A stretch of 64,000 nucleotides of DNA from Laetmonice hystrix. Its lineage: Eukaryota. Positions 26,329 to 40,471 of this stretch are shown here, piece by piece; the first letter of the stretch is position 1; each line of letters opens with the position of its first letter. Made by a program: the position numbers and the translations under genes. The notes below the pieces were generated by a model that was not told the DNA's origin, did no database searches, and saw only the letters and a program-made list of their open reading frames with translations. Location: positions 33,046,001 through 33,110,000 of the forward strand of contig OZ249442.1 in the NCBI GenBank assembly GCA_965235115.1, read 5' to 3'.

Positions 26329-29300
26329 CATTATACAATCTCCGTTTAACGTATCATTGAGTATCTGGAGGTATAATCGACTCCAATGATTTAAGAGGAG
26401 TTTTATATTGCAGAATCATCGATCAAGCCAAACTCTAACATAAACCAGGAATTTGATATCCATGTCCAATGGTCCCTGGCCACAACAGGGTGTGTCCCGC
26501 CGGGCCCTAGAAGCTGTATATTTAATCTCAGAACAGGCCCCCCCCCCCCCCCTCTAGCCTGATGGTGCCAGGACAAAGACAGATAACGAAACCAGTTTCA
26601 GTGAATCCCTTGCCTTATCGTCATCTCTACCATGAAGTCTTCTTTTATTTTCTGTCCCCCTTTTTTTAAACATCACGGTTGGAGCAAGGTCCCTGCAGCA
26701 GCGCCCCCCTAGTTCTCCGAATAATAGCTCGGTCGCTTCCTGCAGTTTTCCTGATGGAGTTTTCGGTCTATCACGAGACACTCCCACACCACGCCCCCTG
26801 GGGGTCAACAGAGGAAGCTGCCCCGCGACATGGGGCATGCATCTACCCCCTACAGCGAGGCCTGAGGCATAGGCAGAACCGGAGAAAGCTGGGGCACCCT
26901 GCCACCCCACCCTTCCTCAACCCCTCCATGATAACCCCTGTCACTCGCCCCCAAACCCTCCCAACCCCCCTCTGTGCTTCTGTAAGTAAACGTAGACGGA
27001 AAAACTTTCACCCTGTGACAACCTCCCCAGAATGAGGCCATGGGCATGGTGTCGTTAGAGAAGGCCATGAGTTCTGGGCGTCCAATGGGGTAAACGGTGG
27101 CATACACATGTACATGTAACCCTCACAGGCAGAACGTTTACCTATGTCAATTAAAACTCTATCGTCGTTGGTAAATTATGGGCGACAAGTATCCCCGAAA
27201 CCGTTACCATAGGTTTCTATTAGAACGACTTTAAAATGTTGGAGTCTCACTCTTGACATCTTTAGTCATCTGTAAGCTGCAAGGGCTACAAAACTCTTTG
27301 TATTGGCCAATCAAGCTCGCCATTCTAATCGTATGTCGTATGTGCTTTCTCTTGCCACACAATCAACTCGTTGGTCCTAACTTCGTTAACCGACGAAATA
27401 CACCGTCACAAGATTAAATCTGGTAGAGAAACTGGCTATAGAACCCAGACAGACATATTGTGTCCGTTTTGTATCTACGTACAACTAAACCATGGTACAT
27501 GTATGTGTACCCTTCCTGAGAACACGTATGATGTTCGTTCTATTTAAAGAAAAGGGTACAAAATCTGGCTTATCTACATGTCCTTTCGACTACCCGTGAC
27601 CTTTCTTGATGAATTTTATGTTCTTGAAAAAAAACTTTGTGGATGGGACAGTTCCTGAACATAAACAGAACAGAACTGAACTATGGGGGAAACATATAAA
27701 ACTGTTAATTAGAAATGGCATGGTACATTAAAGGATTAAGAATTCTATAAATCAACCTAACAGGATCATTGGAACTGTTAATCTCTCCGTCATAAACTTT
27801 ACTCTTAACTTACTTATTACTGTGGCATTACTTAATTCAAAAATCTAAAGCGTCCCTTTCATTTACAGTCCGAAATGAGACGCATTAAAAGTTTAATATT
27901 TTCTTCATATAAATTCTTCAAAATCTCCATATTTTAAAATCAGATTTGACATCTTGAGATATTCTGCAGTGCTTTGATATCTCATAATTTGCAAGAAATA
28001 TTTTTTGCACTACACCAGCGGACTCTGACGTTATCTACCTCCTTAAACAGACAAGAAACTTGTATAAAGTTCTGGAACAAATTGGAGAGGCGAAACGTCA
28101 CTTCATACTTAAAACACCCGGCAGTGAATGCAATAGTTGCTTAACTGTATCAGTCTGCCGTAGCAGTTTAAGACTAGTAGCTCTCTACGTGTTAGAGCCA
28201 GATGTTTGGACAGGTATCATCAGTCAGGTTTCAAGTATCAAGAAAAGTGTTCCAGTGGCGAGGGACACGCGAGGATCGCATCAAAGTGCCGAGCACCAAT
28301 TTGCGGCTGATTGCACGATAGACCCGACGTTACGCCCCCTAGTGGCAACATCTGAAGTTGGCAGTCTCCACACTCGATAAGGGTTCCTGAAGTGCGAGAG
28401 CGAACCTCCTACACCCAAAGCTGAACGGCTGACGTTTATAAGAGTTTTTCCCCAAGATGTGCCATGAATTGATCTAAATATACGGCCCCTATCCTAAGAC
28501 AGAACTCCCCCCTCGCTCTGAGAGGGGAAGAACTCGTAAAGCTATCTGTGTAGTGTGATATTCCAGATGTTCATCACACACATTTCAGAAAATATCTACA
28601 GCTCCTGGCCCAGACTGAATAAATGGGCAGATTAAGAAAAACGATGCTATACTTAGATGAATGAAAGAGATCAAGTTCATGGAAAGTGCCATGAACATAG
28701 CCACCTTAAGGAGCCAATGTATTACATGTTGCCCCATTAAAATCAAAATAACATTATCTTTCAATCCACTGCATGGATTCGGTCTTAACAACGAACAGGC
28801 CAACCCCACTCATACGCCAAACAACCGAATCCATTCCAACATCTGGAAGGAGAGAAATTTGGTAGTATTGCACAAAGTCTGAATCCTTCCTCCCCCCTCA
28901 AAAAACGCACTCAGCACTAATAAATCTCCAGCCTCCTTAATGGGATGGAATCTCCAAAGGCTTTGATTTTTCAAATCCCAGCCGGCGTGGTTTTATCTAC
29001 TCTGGTGAGCTCGCCAGCGCCCATCTGAACGTTATCTGTCCGACTATTCCCCACGGGTCCTCGCCACCTGAGCGGAGCAGCTAGAGGATTAGGGGAATTA
29101 AAGCCGAGAGATTCATAATTCTATTTTGTTTCTATCAGATAATCTCCCCAGGGGCCCACCACATCTTGAAAAACACCTACATCGGTGTTGGCTGAAATTC
29201 TAAAATTGCTTCATTTTTCTTGATTTTATTTAAGATTTGTGTCGTATGATTTCTCCAGGGGTTGCAATAATAGAAAGCGGCCCACTGTTTCCATCTTTGC

Positions 29301-31218
29301 GCAGTTCCTGTAAATTTTAAAAGTAATTACCAGGGTCATTTTTCAGTTAAATCTCAAGGCCGATAAACTCACAAAGTTATGCAAGTTGCATACGTAAAAG
29401 AATTTGCCTGCTGATTAAAACCAAACTTTGCATGACGATCATAAACACATTATGCCAAGTTCTGATAGATCTATTCATCCTGAAATGCTGGCACATTACT
29501 TAGAAACTCTTCTCACTGCCACTGGTACATACAGTAAGTGGACGTTTACTGGCGGTTACTGTCTGGATTCGATGTTTCCAAGCTGATACGTGTACACAAT
29601 GCGATATGAAGTTAGAGCATACGTGCGCAATTCCTCCAATACCAATGAATCCTCAAGTATACAGTCCTCATAGATTTGGCTGACGGATTATGGCGGATTA
29701 TGGCTAAACTAGGCTTATACCGACCAAACGTAAACGATTCTTCCCCATCATTTCTTATGTTACTGTGGTTTGTAGCACTGGCTTCTCCGCGCAGGTAGTG
29801 CTCGAGTATATAGTTTGCTAACAGCTCACGAGGCCGGGGCTCAGAGGGGCGCTCGACCATTATCAAAGCGAGGTCAATGTGAGGTGGTGCCGGGTGACTG
29901 TATTGCCCTCTGGTGGTCAGAACTCCCATCATCTGTTCGGAGGGGCACTTTTCCCGCGACACCTCCCACCGGCCGGGTCGGTCCCAGACGCGGTTGGCAC
30001 GGCCCGCAATCTGCTGGGTGCAGGATTATGCTTCCTTGAAAGGGGGAGCCACTTTGGCACCGTATTGATTGTGTGGATCTCACGCCCTCTACCGGCCTCC
30101 CATAAAAACAAACATGGCGGGAGATGGCGTCAATCGTTACATTATCAGCCTATCACGCTGACCACTAGATCTACCATTTATTGACATTTTGTGATCTGTC
30201 CATCCGATCTGCTTCATAAAATATTTACTGATGCGTGGTGGCAGTAGAGGTTTGCCCGTGACCATTTGCACTATTACGAGCCTGCTCTGCTACTGGGCCG
30301 GTCGGAATATATCAAAATTATGTTTATTAAATCAGGTCCATGTTAGGCATAAAAAACATGAAAAATTTATTATAACCTTTCTTCATTAGGAAGTAAAGGT
30401 TAAAATGCTCGGAGGTGGTCACAAAGGGGACATAATTCCTTTCAGTTATCAATATTAATGGAACAGCGCTGAATTATAATTCCTGGTGGAATCGTTGTGG
30501 TCGTCTTAGGGGCTTTGCAGCGCACTTATTCATGTGCAGGTCGTTCCCATGGGTTGAAAGGGGCTGATTTAGTGGCACGGCTGTGAAGGCAAGTTAATTA
30601 TAAAGTGAGTCCCAGGGGGGGTTCAAGCAAGGAAATCAGTACGGCCGTGTTTACCTGCGCTTGGCATTGCTCCTGGTCTGGGGGAGCCGAGGGGGTTAGG
30701 GCACGGGGGGGTGTACGGGCTGCCCCCAGTGTTTGTATTCTCACCCCAGGGGGCCCTCAGTGCCATGGCACCCAGCCTCACCTGCCGAGTAAAATAACAG
30801 ACTGCGGGAAGAGTGGCGATAGGAGGCCGTGGTGCCACCAGCCACCCTCACGTGGGATACCAAGGTCTTCAAACTGTGGCCGTGTTAGCAGGGTGGCTGC
30901 CCTACACCCCGACCACCCGGCCACCCCTGCCCACCCTACCCCACAACCAGAGACCTGTATCAAACACATACCCCCTTAGGTATGTATCTATAGGATCGTA
31001 TCTATAACCAGCGCCATGATCCTCTCTCATATACAGAAAGTGCGTTATGACAACCTTTCAGCAATTATATAAAGGAAACTCTACAGAAAACAATATAAAA
31101 CCCGTATATTGTCAGAACAACAAACAATAGACCCCCGCTCTATACCCCACCCCCAACCCTCCACAATATACCCCGGTGATACACTCAGCGACTTCCCTCC
31201 TCTTTCCGATTCCCATAG

Positions 31219-31261
31219 GTGCCCTCTGGTAGTTTGACCATGTAGTCACTAGGGGGCGCTA
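31219..31261. promoter_or_regulatory. Back-to-back pair of CTCF-like motifs
   Basis: GTGCCCTCTGGTAG (31219, reverse) and TCACTAGGGGGCGCTA (31246, forward) both fit the CTCF core CC[AG][CG][CT]AG[AG][GT]GGC[AG]C. Motif match only. Confidence 0.4.
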
Positions 31262-31712
31262 GCGGGACTCGTGATTAATCCCCAAGGAGAGTATTAGCCA
31301 GACGTGGGGGTCATTATGAACCGGCCGTGAGGCATGGTTCATGGTCCGGTCGGTCCACCCGGTCCACACGGTCCACCCCTGGGACCGGGTGCTCACAGCC
31401 CCGTTATGACAATAAGACGTGGATCTACTCAGCCAGAGCAACGAGACTCACAGGGACTCCATGTATAAGTCATGATTAAGTTATTAGATACTAGAAGAAT
31501 ACTGCCTGTATTCGGCTGCAGGTTCACTGAACTCTTTCTTCATATACTAGGTGTACCGTATTTCCCGGTGCCATTGTCAACCATTGTCAAGAATAACAAC
31601 TTCACTGAAATAATATTGTTTCTTTTTTTGGCGGACGGACCGAGACTCCAGCTGTGCACAGAAAAGTTCACAAAAGATGAGCTCTAATTCCAGAGATGGA
31701 CAGTTGCCTCGC

Positions 31713-31835
31713 CACAGGACAGCGGGGGTCGGGGGCAGTCCACTGCCCCTCTGACCAGTGTCCAGTCCAGCACCACAGGAGAGCGGGGGTCGGGGGCAGT
31801 CCACTGACCCTCTGACTAGTACTGTCTAGTCCAGG
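31713..31835 (+). repeat. Tandem duplication, 61-bp x 2
   Basis: CACAGGA.AGCGGGGGTCGGGGGCAGTCCACTG.CCCTCTGAC.AGT at 31713 and 31774. Confidence 0.85.
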
Positions 31836-34800
31836 GGGTGATCCCCCCGGCGTTCTGACCAGTTTATGCACAGACCTCGGCCGTAGAATCCCTATATTGT
31901 CGTTACTGGGTATAGGTTGACATGGCATCTTTAACTTTTCAAGTCCATGAGGCAAACATCGTTCTCCATTCCGTGTGACGCGAACAGCGGCACCTTACTG
32001 CAGCCCCTGAAGATGTTCAACTTGTCTAAATGTACTGTGTTAATTAATTGTGAGTTAGCATTTCTTCTGTCCACTTATCGCCGACGACCATCTTTCATAA
32101 AGTATAACTCTTGTCGAAATCCAATAAGACTGGATCCCTACAAGAAACCCAAAGTAGAAGGAATCTAGCGTTGCTAATTTACATGAATCGTCGTAATCTA
32201 TGCATATATTCAAATCAAATAACCTCTACTTCAGATTATGTTTGTGCATTTTTGACGCACCGCACCCACGCCCACACCCACACCCACACCCACACCCACG
32301 CCCACATTAGACCACCCTGCGTTCAGGCCCCGAGTGAGGTCTCCAACTGCACCCCTGTCCTCACCCCAGGAGACGTTTTAATCAACCCCCTCCCATTGCC
32401 ACTCTGGATCTCCTGCGGAGGCACATCCGCGCCCCCTGCTGGCATCTCACTCAGTTACAGGATAAAGACCGCATCGATGACGTCACATCTTAGCAGACGA
32501 CAAAACATCTTACTGCTGTTAATACCGTATAAGCTTTCAGGAAAAATAACTTTTAAATTAGAGATGAAACCACAACACATGCCCAGTTTCGTCTCAATAC
32601 CCTTAGGGATAACCCGTCCCCAATCTCCGGACATCTAATCTAACGTTTATTAGACCAGTTTAAAGATGACATGCATGACGTAGCCTTTGAGACGGTAGAT
32701 CATGTATTGCGCCATGGTGAAAACTCTGTCACTTTTTCTCCACTGCATGAGACGTTACTTGATGGTGTTGATAATGTTTTTGTTACCATGTCAACCAGAT
32801 CCATGACAAAATCCAAGGCTCGCCGGAATAGTATATAGGCCTATATCACATCATCATAACGAAAGGCCTCACAGTCACAGCTGGCAATTCTCATTCAAAG
32901 TCCGGGGCAATTGCCTGGAGTTTTGTGGCGATGGAAACGATGGGAGCTTAGCGGATGTTCCTGTACAGAAACTCCAATGACCCCGTTATCTACGTCATCT
33001 GCAAAGCAACCCCGACACTAAAAGCTATTTAGACACAATTATCACAGTTATCCCCTATGTTCACAGATACTGCAAGCCGGCGATAATTGGCTGAAGGAAC
33101 AAGACACAAGAGATATCAGTTGGAAACACGGGCGGACGGACTGCCATTAGTGTCAAACACTGCTACATCCCACGATCTGGTTATCATGGCCGATAGTTAG
33201 AGTAGATTAATTATATCCTTGCCGGTGTCGGGCCGACACCCCAACCCCTACCGTCCGCTTCACCACGGATGACTAACTGCCTTGTCAACCACACTAATTG
33301 CCGCCGTAATTGGCCAACATTTCTTGCCTGCCTCCCAACCCGAGCAGGTTTCTGCAAACCCATCCATCAGGTTGTGTGGATGACATGTACGAGCCTCTCG
33401 CTCTCAGTGTCTTGTCTGCACCCCTACTACACGTCTCAACGCAGTAACCATCGGTAACGCGGGCGGGCGCCGCCAGGTGGCTCCCGCGGCCGTTCAGCGA
33501 GAGAGCGATCAGTCGGCTGATCGATCAATCGATTGGGACGTTGAGCCTCAGGCTGACTCGGCTTCCGGTCCAAACGTCAATTTTTCACGGAAATTTAACG
33601 GAGGGCCTACGTACAACTGACGGGACCGGGTTAACCACACCGCCTCATGCCATACCTGGATAGCCACCGTATACAAAGGGGGGACGGGTCGAGGGGGCAG
33701 TTGCTCGCTGCCTCTGGTGATTATGGAAAAGTAGGAGCTAGGCCAAGTTGCCCTTTTAAAGTGATAGAAATACGGCATAAATAAACAGTGACCCTTAGAA
33801 TACAGAAGTGCCCGGGTCTCCTTGCATGTTATGTAGAATTCTTCTAGGCTACATACGGTTATGATCGGAACCTATTACTTTGTGAAACCCCATTTTCCTT
33901 TAGAAATCAAATCAATATGCAGTGCACGTCTTCCATTTTAAGTCGCCAACCGTCATATTAGTATGCATTAGCATGCGTTCTTGAAGTATTCTATTATACA
34001 AATCCGCACAAAAGATGTTTCAGCTTAAAAATAATAATAACCTCATACTCTGAGATAGAGATATTATGGGCCATGCGCCCGCGGCATCCTGGGTAACCTA
34101 CGTCATTAACAGGTCATGCCCCCTGGTGGCGACCAGCGAGGTATTGTGATGGCCGTACCCCCTACAGCAGCCTTCCAACTGGTCCCATGGCCCAGCTGTC
34201 CCAACCACCCTTCCATCTCATCCCCCCTCACTGCTGTACCCCTGCCGTGAGGGCTTTCACTGCACCCTCCATACTCACCCCCGGACCCATTACTGCCCCT
34301 CGGGCAATACCACTTATACCCCAGGGGGTAGTCAGTTTACCCTATAGTTCACCCTGGTTAATCTACCCGGGGCTGTTCCCCGCGGAGGTCGTGGGACCGT
34401 AGGGGGTCGGTGCCGAGCTGAATGACTCACACAGGTGTGACTTTATGCAGGTGTTCCTGGGATCAAAGGTGTTTCGGATCTCAGCAACGCCAAGGAGGAT
34501 GGTAATGTGCTGCCTCCAATCATGGCTACTGCGTCCTATATGTCAAAATACGGAGGGGGTTTTGCTTCAAGGACGTTACTTCTCAGAGTGGGGGGGGGGG
34601 GCATAGATACGTCATATTGCATGGTAACCTCTAGACTATAGCTGGCTCAGTCTAAGGTTCTGGGGCACTCCCTTTTTACTTCTAAAACGCCCTTAAATGT
34701 TGGGTTTACTAAATTTAATTAAAAGAAAAATCTCTGAATCGTGATAATTCATTGATTTTCATACTGTGTATATATCGTTATAATAACGGGTATTAGGACA

Positions 34801-35075
34801 TGACCAGCCTGTTGATTCTGGGAGAGCTTGGTGTGTTACCATAACAACCCTTCGTTCCTATTCAACTAACCAGATAAAAGGATCTTATAACAGAGCCCCC
34901 CCTCCCTCCAAGTGCCCTCCAAGAAGTAATCCATCATTGTCAGTCATCCATTTCCCTACACCTCACATTCACCGCTTTATCTCAGTAAATACCTATATAA
35001 TTTCTTTAGTACATGATAGGCTACATTTTACCTCATGACGGCGAAAGACCGCCAGGGTTTCATGGCAGAACCTAT

Positions 35076-35144
35076 ACCTGACACTCGAGGTCCTCCACCT
35101 GACACTCGAGGTCCTCCACCTGACACTCGAGGTCCTCCACCTGA
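35076..35144 (+). repeat. Tandem repeat, 21-bp x 3
   Basis: ACCTGACACTCGAGGTCCTCC three times plus a partial copy. Confidence 0.92.
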
Positions 35145-38100
35145 CGAAACACCAACTGTCATTGCGTTCAGCGTATCCCGGAATACAGGCTTGACCAAGA
35201 GCAAGATCTCAACCAGACAAAAAATATCGGAAGAAATCCGGGTCTCACAGTGTAAACTGAAAGAGGGGGGGCAGAGGGGGGTCTGTGCCTGGCGCTCGGC
35301 AGGCCTCCAACAGGAAGGATCTAATCCATTACGTTGGGTATGATCCAGCGTGGATGGGTCGGGCGTCATTACACGGCTGGTCCCCGGCGGCTTGGTACAA
35401 TCACCAGGGACCTCCCACTGGCGCTCGCCATACAACACCCCACCAGGTCGCCGAGGCCAATTCTTCAGAGGGCGACCCCAAGCGGTGAGTAGCCGAACCA
35501 AGCCCCCGGCCTGAGGATTCATTAAGGCAAACTCAAGTATAGGTCTCGGGAGCAGACATCTAACTCCCCCCACTCCCCCGACAAAAGACAGCCAGGAACA
35601 TAATAGCGATCACTGGGCCGACTCCGTGGCCGGCATGCGGGGGGTCTAGGATCTGGTGGTCGTCTCATTAAAATGGTTCGTTGGCGTCCCGCTGAGGGCG
35701 CCAAATGTCGGCCGCGTGGCCCGGCGGCGGCCCAGCGGTGGCCCGGCTGTGGCACGGTGCTGTCAACGTCACAGCACAGGGCAGTGAGGCCGATCTATGC
35801 AGCCAGAATTTTTGCAATATCATCACCATGACGACGGATCTTTATACAAGAAATCGACCTGGCTCCTTGATATTGTGAATTAGAAATATTTAATAATTCT
35901 GAATAATGTTTCTTTTTAAAAGGTAGGCCTACCTGTCATATAGGCCTACATCCAAAGTTATTTCTGATTAGCACCCATTTTACCTTTCCAAATATGCCAT
36001 ATTAAATCCCCATCTTTCAATCCTAAACATCAGTGGCACCGCCACTTACTAAAGGAAGTACCACTCTAAAGAATATAAATAAAAAATTAATCATTAAACG
36101 AATTCGCGGAAATTAACACAGGAGTCTCTCTGCACAGCCTCAATCTTACAGACCGTACTCACTCTGTGTGAACACGGGATTCTGAGGTGGGCAGCGGTGG
36201 GGGTGCTGGGCTCAGGGGGGTGTAATAGACTTGTGACAGGCTGGGTGCTGACGTCAACAATAAATCTGAGCACCCCTTTCTCACCCGCAGACAAATGGCC
36301 GGTGGGATTTATCTGGTCCATAACAAAGAAAAGTGTCAGCGACTGGTCGGAATGAAATCGTTTGAGTTGCTAAGTAACAGTTTCTGACCGAGGTAGATGT
36401 GGGGTGTGGACAGGGTGGGGCCTGAGGCAACAAGAGGTCGGCTCCCAGCATTGTTCGGACGGTCGCACTGGGTGTGTGTGGGGGTGGGGTGGGGGAGGGT
36501 GAGAGTGGGAGGGCGACCTATACCTGTACGGGGTCGGTGACGGGGTAACACCCCGTAATTACCCCAGGTACCCCCTTCAAACTGCCCCAACCCCCCTGGG
36601 GCACAGCTCGCTGTGATCAGGGTGAGTACATTGTAAGGAGGGTTGTTACAGTGGCAGTGGGGGTGGGGGGTGTCACCCTGGTCCGTAAGACATTATCCCC
36701 AATTATGACACCAGACTGTAACCGGATCAACAATTAATAGAAGGAGGGCGTCCCATCTGGCCACCTGACATTATACACCATCTCTCCTCCTCTGACCTTC
36801 ACCTGACCTTGGGTCATACTAGAGGTCAACCCCTTCAACCCTTGACCCTTTCCTATCTCCTGCCTGGACGGATCATAATATACCACATAAATTCACTCAT
36901 TCGTTCATTTTCACTCTTACTTTTTTTATCCACATTTCTAGAAGAGTTTCACCAATGTGTACGAAGTATCCACTTCTTTTCTCACCCGGGAAACCGAGCC
37001 AGCCACATCTCTAACCTCCAAGATGATGGCGATGAAATTGACAGGGATGTCAGCTTGTTATCCTCATCTTTTCCACCGTCATGTTTGACCTCAACGTTAT
37101 GACGGCACGTTTCCAGTACATCTCGCCATCCCCACTGAGACGCCCTCGCCAGGGGGCGTTCCAAGCACTGTGGCAATCGCCCTTAGATTTCAAATATTTT
37201 TGGCACAACAGTCGTGTTGTGATAGGTTTGCCACTGTCGTGTCAAACAACTTTCCGCTCTGTGTGTGATGTTTTGGAAGCCAGGACAGAGAAACGCTGTG
37301 ATTCTAGACCGTTCTTTCTCGTCCTCCGAGCATTCCGCACAGCCCAAGGATGAATGGAATGTATGGATTATTTTTGCCCGATACTTTTTCAATATATTTA
37401 TCGCTAAGTGCATGTAAAACAACGTCATTCTCTGGGCGTAGATCTACGTCACATCGCAAGACCCAGGCTAGGTATACTGCTGGGCCACTGGAACATTATG
37501 TCTTTATTTGTCACTCCCACCATTTGATTTTAAATATATATAGAAAAACGAATTATATTTTAAATCCTGCACCCACGGACATACCCTTACAATGCTAGCG
37601 TTGTTCAGTGCACGCGGCCCCAGGTACGGAACACCTAGAAGCCAAGTTCAGCAGGTGGCGTAACTCTATGGTCACTGTTGCAAAACATTCCCTTGAGCTT
37701 TTTTCTCCCCCGCCAGGGAAAGTATTTCTGATATTCACTGCCATTTCCCTGTTGTGTGCGCGGAGAATTGAGAGGGGGGAAAGAGAAATAACAAAAAAAA
37801 AGTTGGAATGCCAAGAGCACATTCCCCGATCGCTTGGACGCGATTGCCATCAAGTGGTCCTTATCATATTAAGATGAATCCCTTCTCCTCTTTATCTCAC
37901 AGGTGTGAAACAACTTACGTATATTTTCCTATCCTTGTATTTCTTGCAAACAAAAAGAGAAGTAAATTTGCGCGGCAGGTGCGCAGTCTGGAGGAGTACA
38001 CCCCACAGCTATGCTGACCGCCACCCACGTCGGACTCAGGTACCAAGTCGATGCTGTCCTCGCACCAGGCCTATTAGTCTTACACCACTGTGTGACGGCT

Positions 38101-39604
38101 TCCTTTATGTTTTCTTTACGATGGAATGATTATCGTACCATTTTTTTTTCAAAATGGTTTCCATGGTGACAACATGCCTGTTATCCATTTACCCAAAGCT
38201 CCTTTTCCCTTTGGGCCGCAATTGTGAAACGATTTATATTCAAGGTTCTGCAATATATAGGAAATGTTTAAAAAAATCATTGGGCCGTACTTTATTTCAA
38301 TTTCTCTTCAAAGGCGTACTTAACTAAGAAAACTAGAACAAAAACTGAATAAGTCAAAGTACAGTATTGTGTTACTACTTATGGAGAGCAACATGATGTT
38401 CTGATTCTAAAACTTACATTTCCAGTTTCAGGATTATCAATGTTCCTGGATTTCTCTTTCAGTTAGAGCCCCCTTTGTCTAGACGCTATAATATCAGAGT
38501 GCTTTATACAAGTCATAAAGACACGGGATCTTTGATGTACAGAATGAGGTAAGTTTCAGTTGTACAAGGTTCTTTCATCAAAGAAGACAGTGGATGGTAT
38601 AATTACAAAGGTTACTCTATTGTGATAAATTCTATTGTCTGTTGTACACAATCCCTATAAGCAACGTACTGTGACCGATACGACAGTATCCAAGATTACG
38701 ACTTCTGACCATTCCATGGCACTATGGGTCATCAATACTGGACCTGCTAACATATAGTCAAGAATGTAAAGCAGTCCATTTTTCTACATATTAGGTATTT
38801 TAATTTTAAATGTATACTGTATTAGAATGCGCTGTTCAATGCGCTCCTTGTAAAACGCAAACACAATCCGTCTTAAAATAGTAATCTATCTCCTCCATAC
38901 TTAAACACCTCAACAATCTTGGTCTTAGAATGATACTGATTGTATAGACCTAATTATTTCCTGGAATCCGTGTCAAATCCTGCGTATACAAGTACTGTAT
39001 GTTGTCAAACAAACACGACCTAAGTCTCCGACATATCAATGACTACTTACATTGCAACATGATCAGTTTTCTGCCAATGTTTCCTTAAGATACTAATTTA
39101 TCTAGTCTCAACCTTTGGATCAACAACCCTGGTCTTAGAATCATATTATTTGGCCCAGGTAAACTAAGTTAGCCTTTTCCCAGACTACAAAACAGCTTTT
39201 TTGGAGGACCTGGTCATAAGATTTCTTTTATTCCGCTGTTTATAAAGCACCAGTTTGCGAAGTGACACCTCATACAAAGTTACGCTGGGCGTATACCGGT
39301 AAATATTGGTGATACCTTCCCCGTATTTAGACAGGCTCCGTCCCGTTTGTCGGTGGGATCGGGAGGAGATTGGAATCACCTGGGCGGCTGTTCCAATGAT
39401 TCTACTACCTCCCCCCGCCACAAGGTCAACACCTCGACTGACCGGAATACTGGCCAGTAACCATGGGGTCGCACTCTGCACTCCGGTCCGATTGTACTGA
39501 TGACCATCTCAGGGGCTCGGCGACACCCCCCCCCCCCCCCCCCACGACGATTTAAAGTATCGTTATTGACTGAATAATGGAGAACCCTGCGATCATCCTC
39601 AGTA

Positions 39605-39680
39605 CAAATGTACTAAATGTATACTAAATGTACTAAATGTATCCTAAATGTGCTAAATGTATACTAAATGTACTAAATGG
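39605..39680 (+). repeat. Short AT-rich tandem repeat (AAATGTACT-based)
   Basis: About 7 imperfect AAATGTA[CT]..T units. Confidence 0.8.
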
Positions 39681-39794
39681 AAGGGGACACTCCCGTCATC
39701 CATACGGAAAGTTACCCTGGTTATCGACAGGATCTATGACGGACGCGTAGTGGTCACCCTCAACCGGGCATTTTTGATGGGATCATCCTGCTAT

Positions 39795-40207
39795 ACGGAG
39801 ATCGCCATTCCGGCTGAGGGCCCTGCTATATGGAGATCGGCACTCTGGTTGGGGGTCCTCTTCCTACGGAGATCAGCACCCTGGTTAGGGGTCCCGCTAT
39901 ACGGAGATCGGCACCCTGACTGGGGTCTTCCTGTTACGGACATCGGCACCCTGACTGGGGTCCTCCTGTTACGGAGATCGGCACCCTGACTGGGGTCCTC
40001 CTGTTACGGAGATCGGCACCCTGACTGGGGTCTTCCTGTTACGGAGATCGGCACCCTGACTGGGGTCCTCCTGTTACGGAGATCGGCACCTTGCATGACT
40101 GAGGTCCTCCTGTTAGGGAGATCGGCACCCTGACTGGGGTCTTCCTGTTACGGAGATCGGCACCCTGACTGGGGTCCTCCTGTTACGGAGATCGGCACCC
40201 TGACTGG
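39795..40207 (+). repeat. Minisatellite, 35-bp unit x about 12
   Basis: Unit ACGGAGATCGGCACCCTGACTGGGGTC[CT]TCCTGTT, period 35 at 39973/40008; the left copies are degenerate. Confidence 0.95.
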
Positions 40208-40471
40208 CTTCGGAGACCGCCAATGTGGCTGCCATTGCCGATCTCCTCCCTGGGGTGGTGCCAGAACCGCTCAACAGGGGGCACTGCAAGTCGCCCTCCA
40301 CCCCTCCCGACCCAGCTGTGTCAACACAATCGGTGCCCCCTATAGGGCCTTTACTTCACGCCCCCGGACAAAATCTCCTTCGTACATCTTGGATCCTGCC
40401 GGCCTAAAATCCTCTCTCCGTCCTCGGATACCGCTCCCATTAGAATGGCCTCGTATTGGCCTCGTATACAG

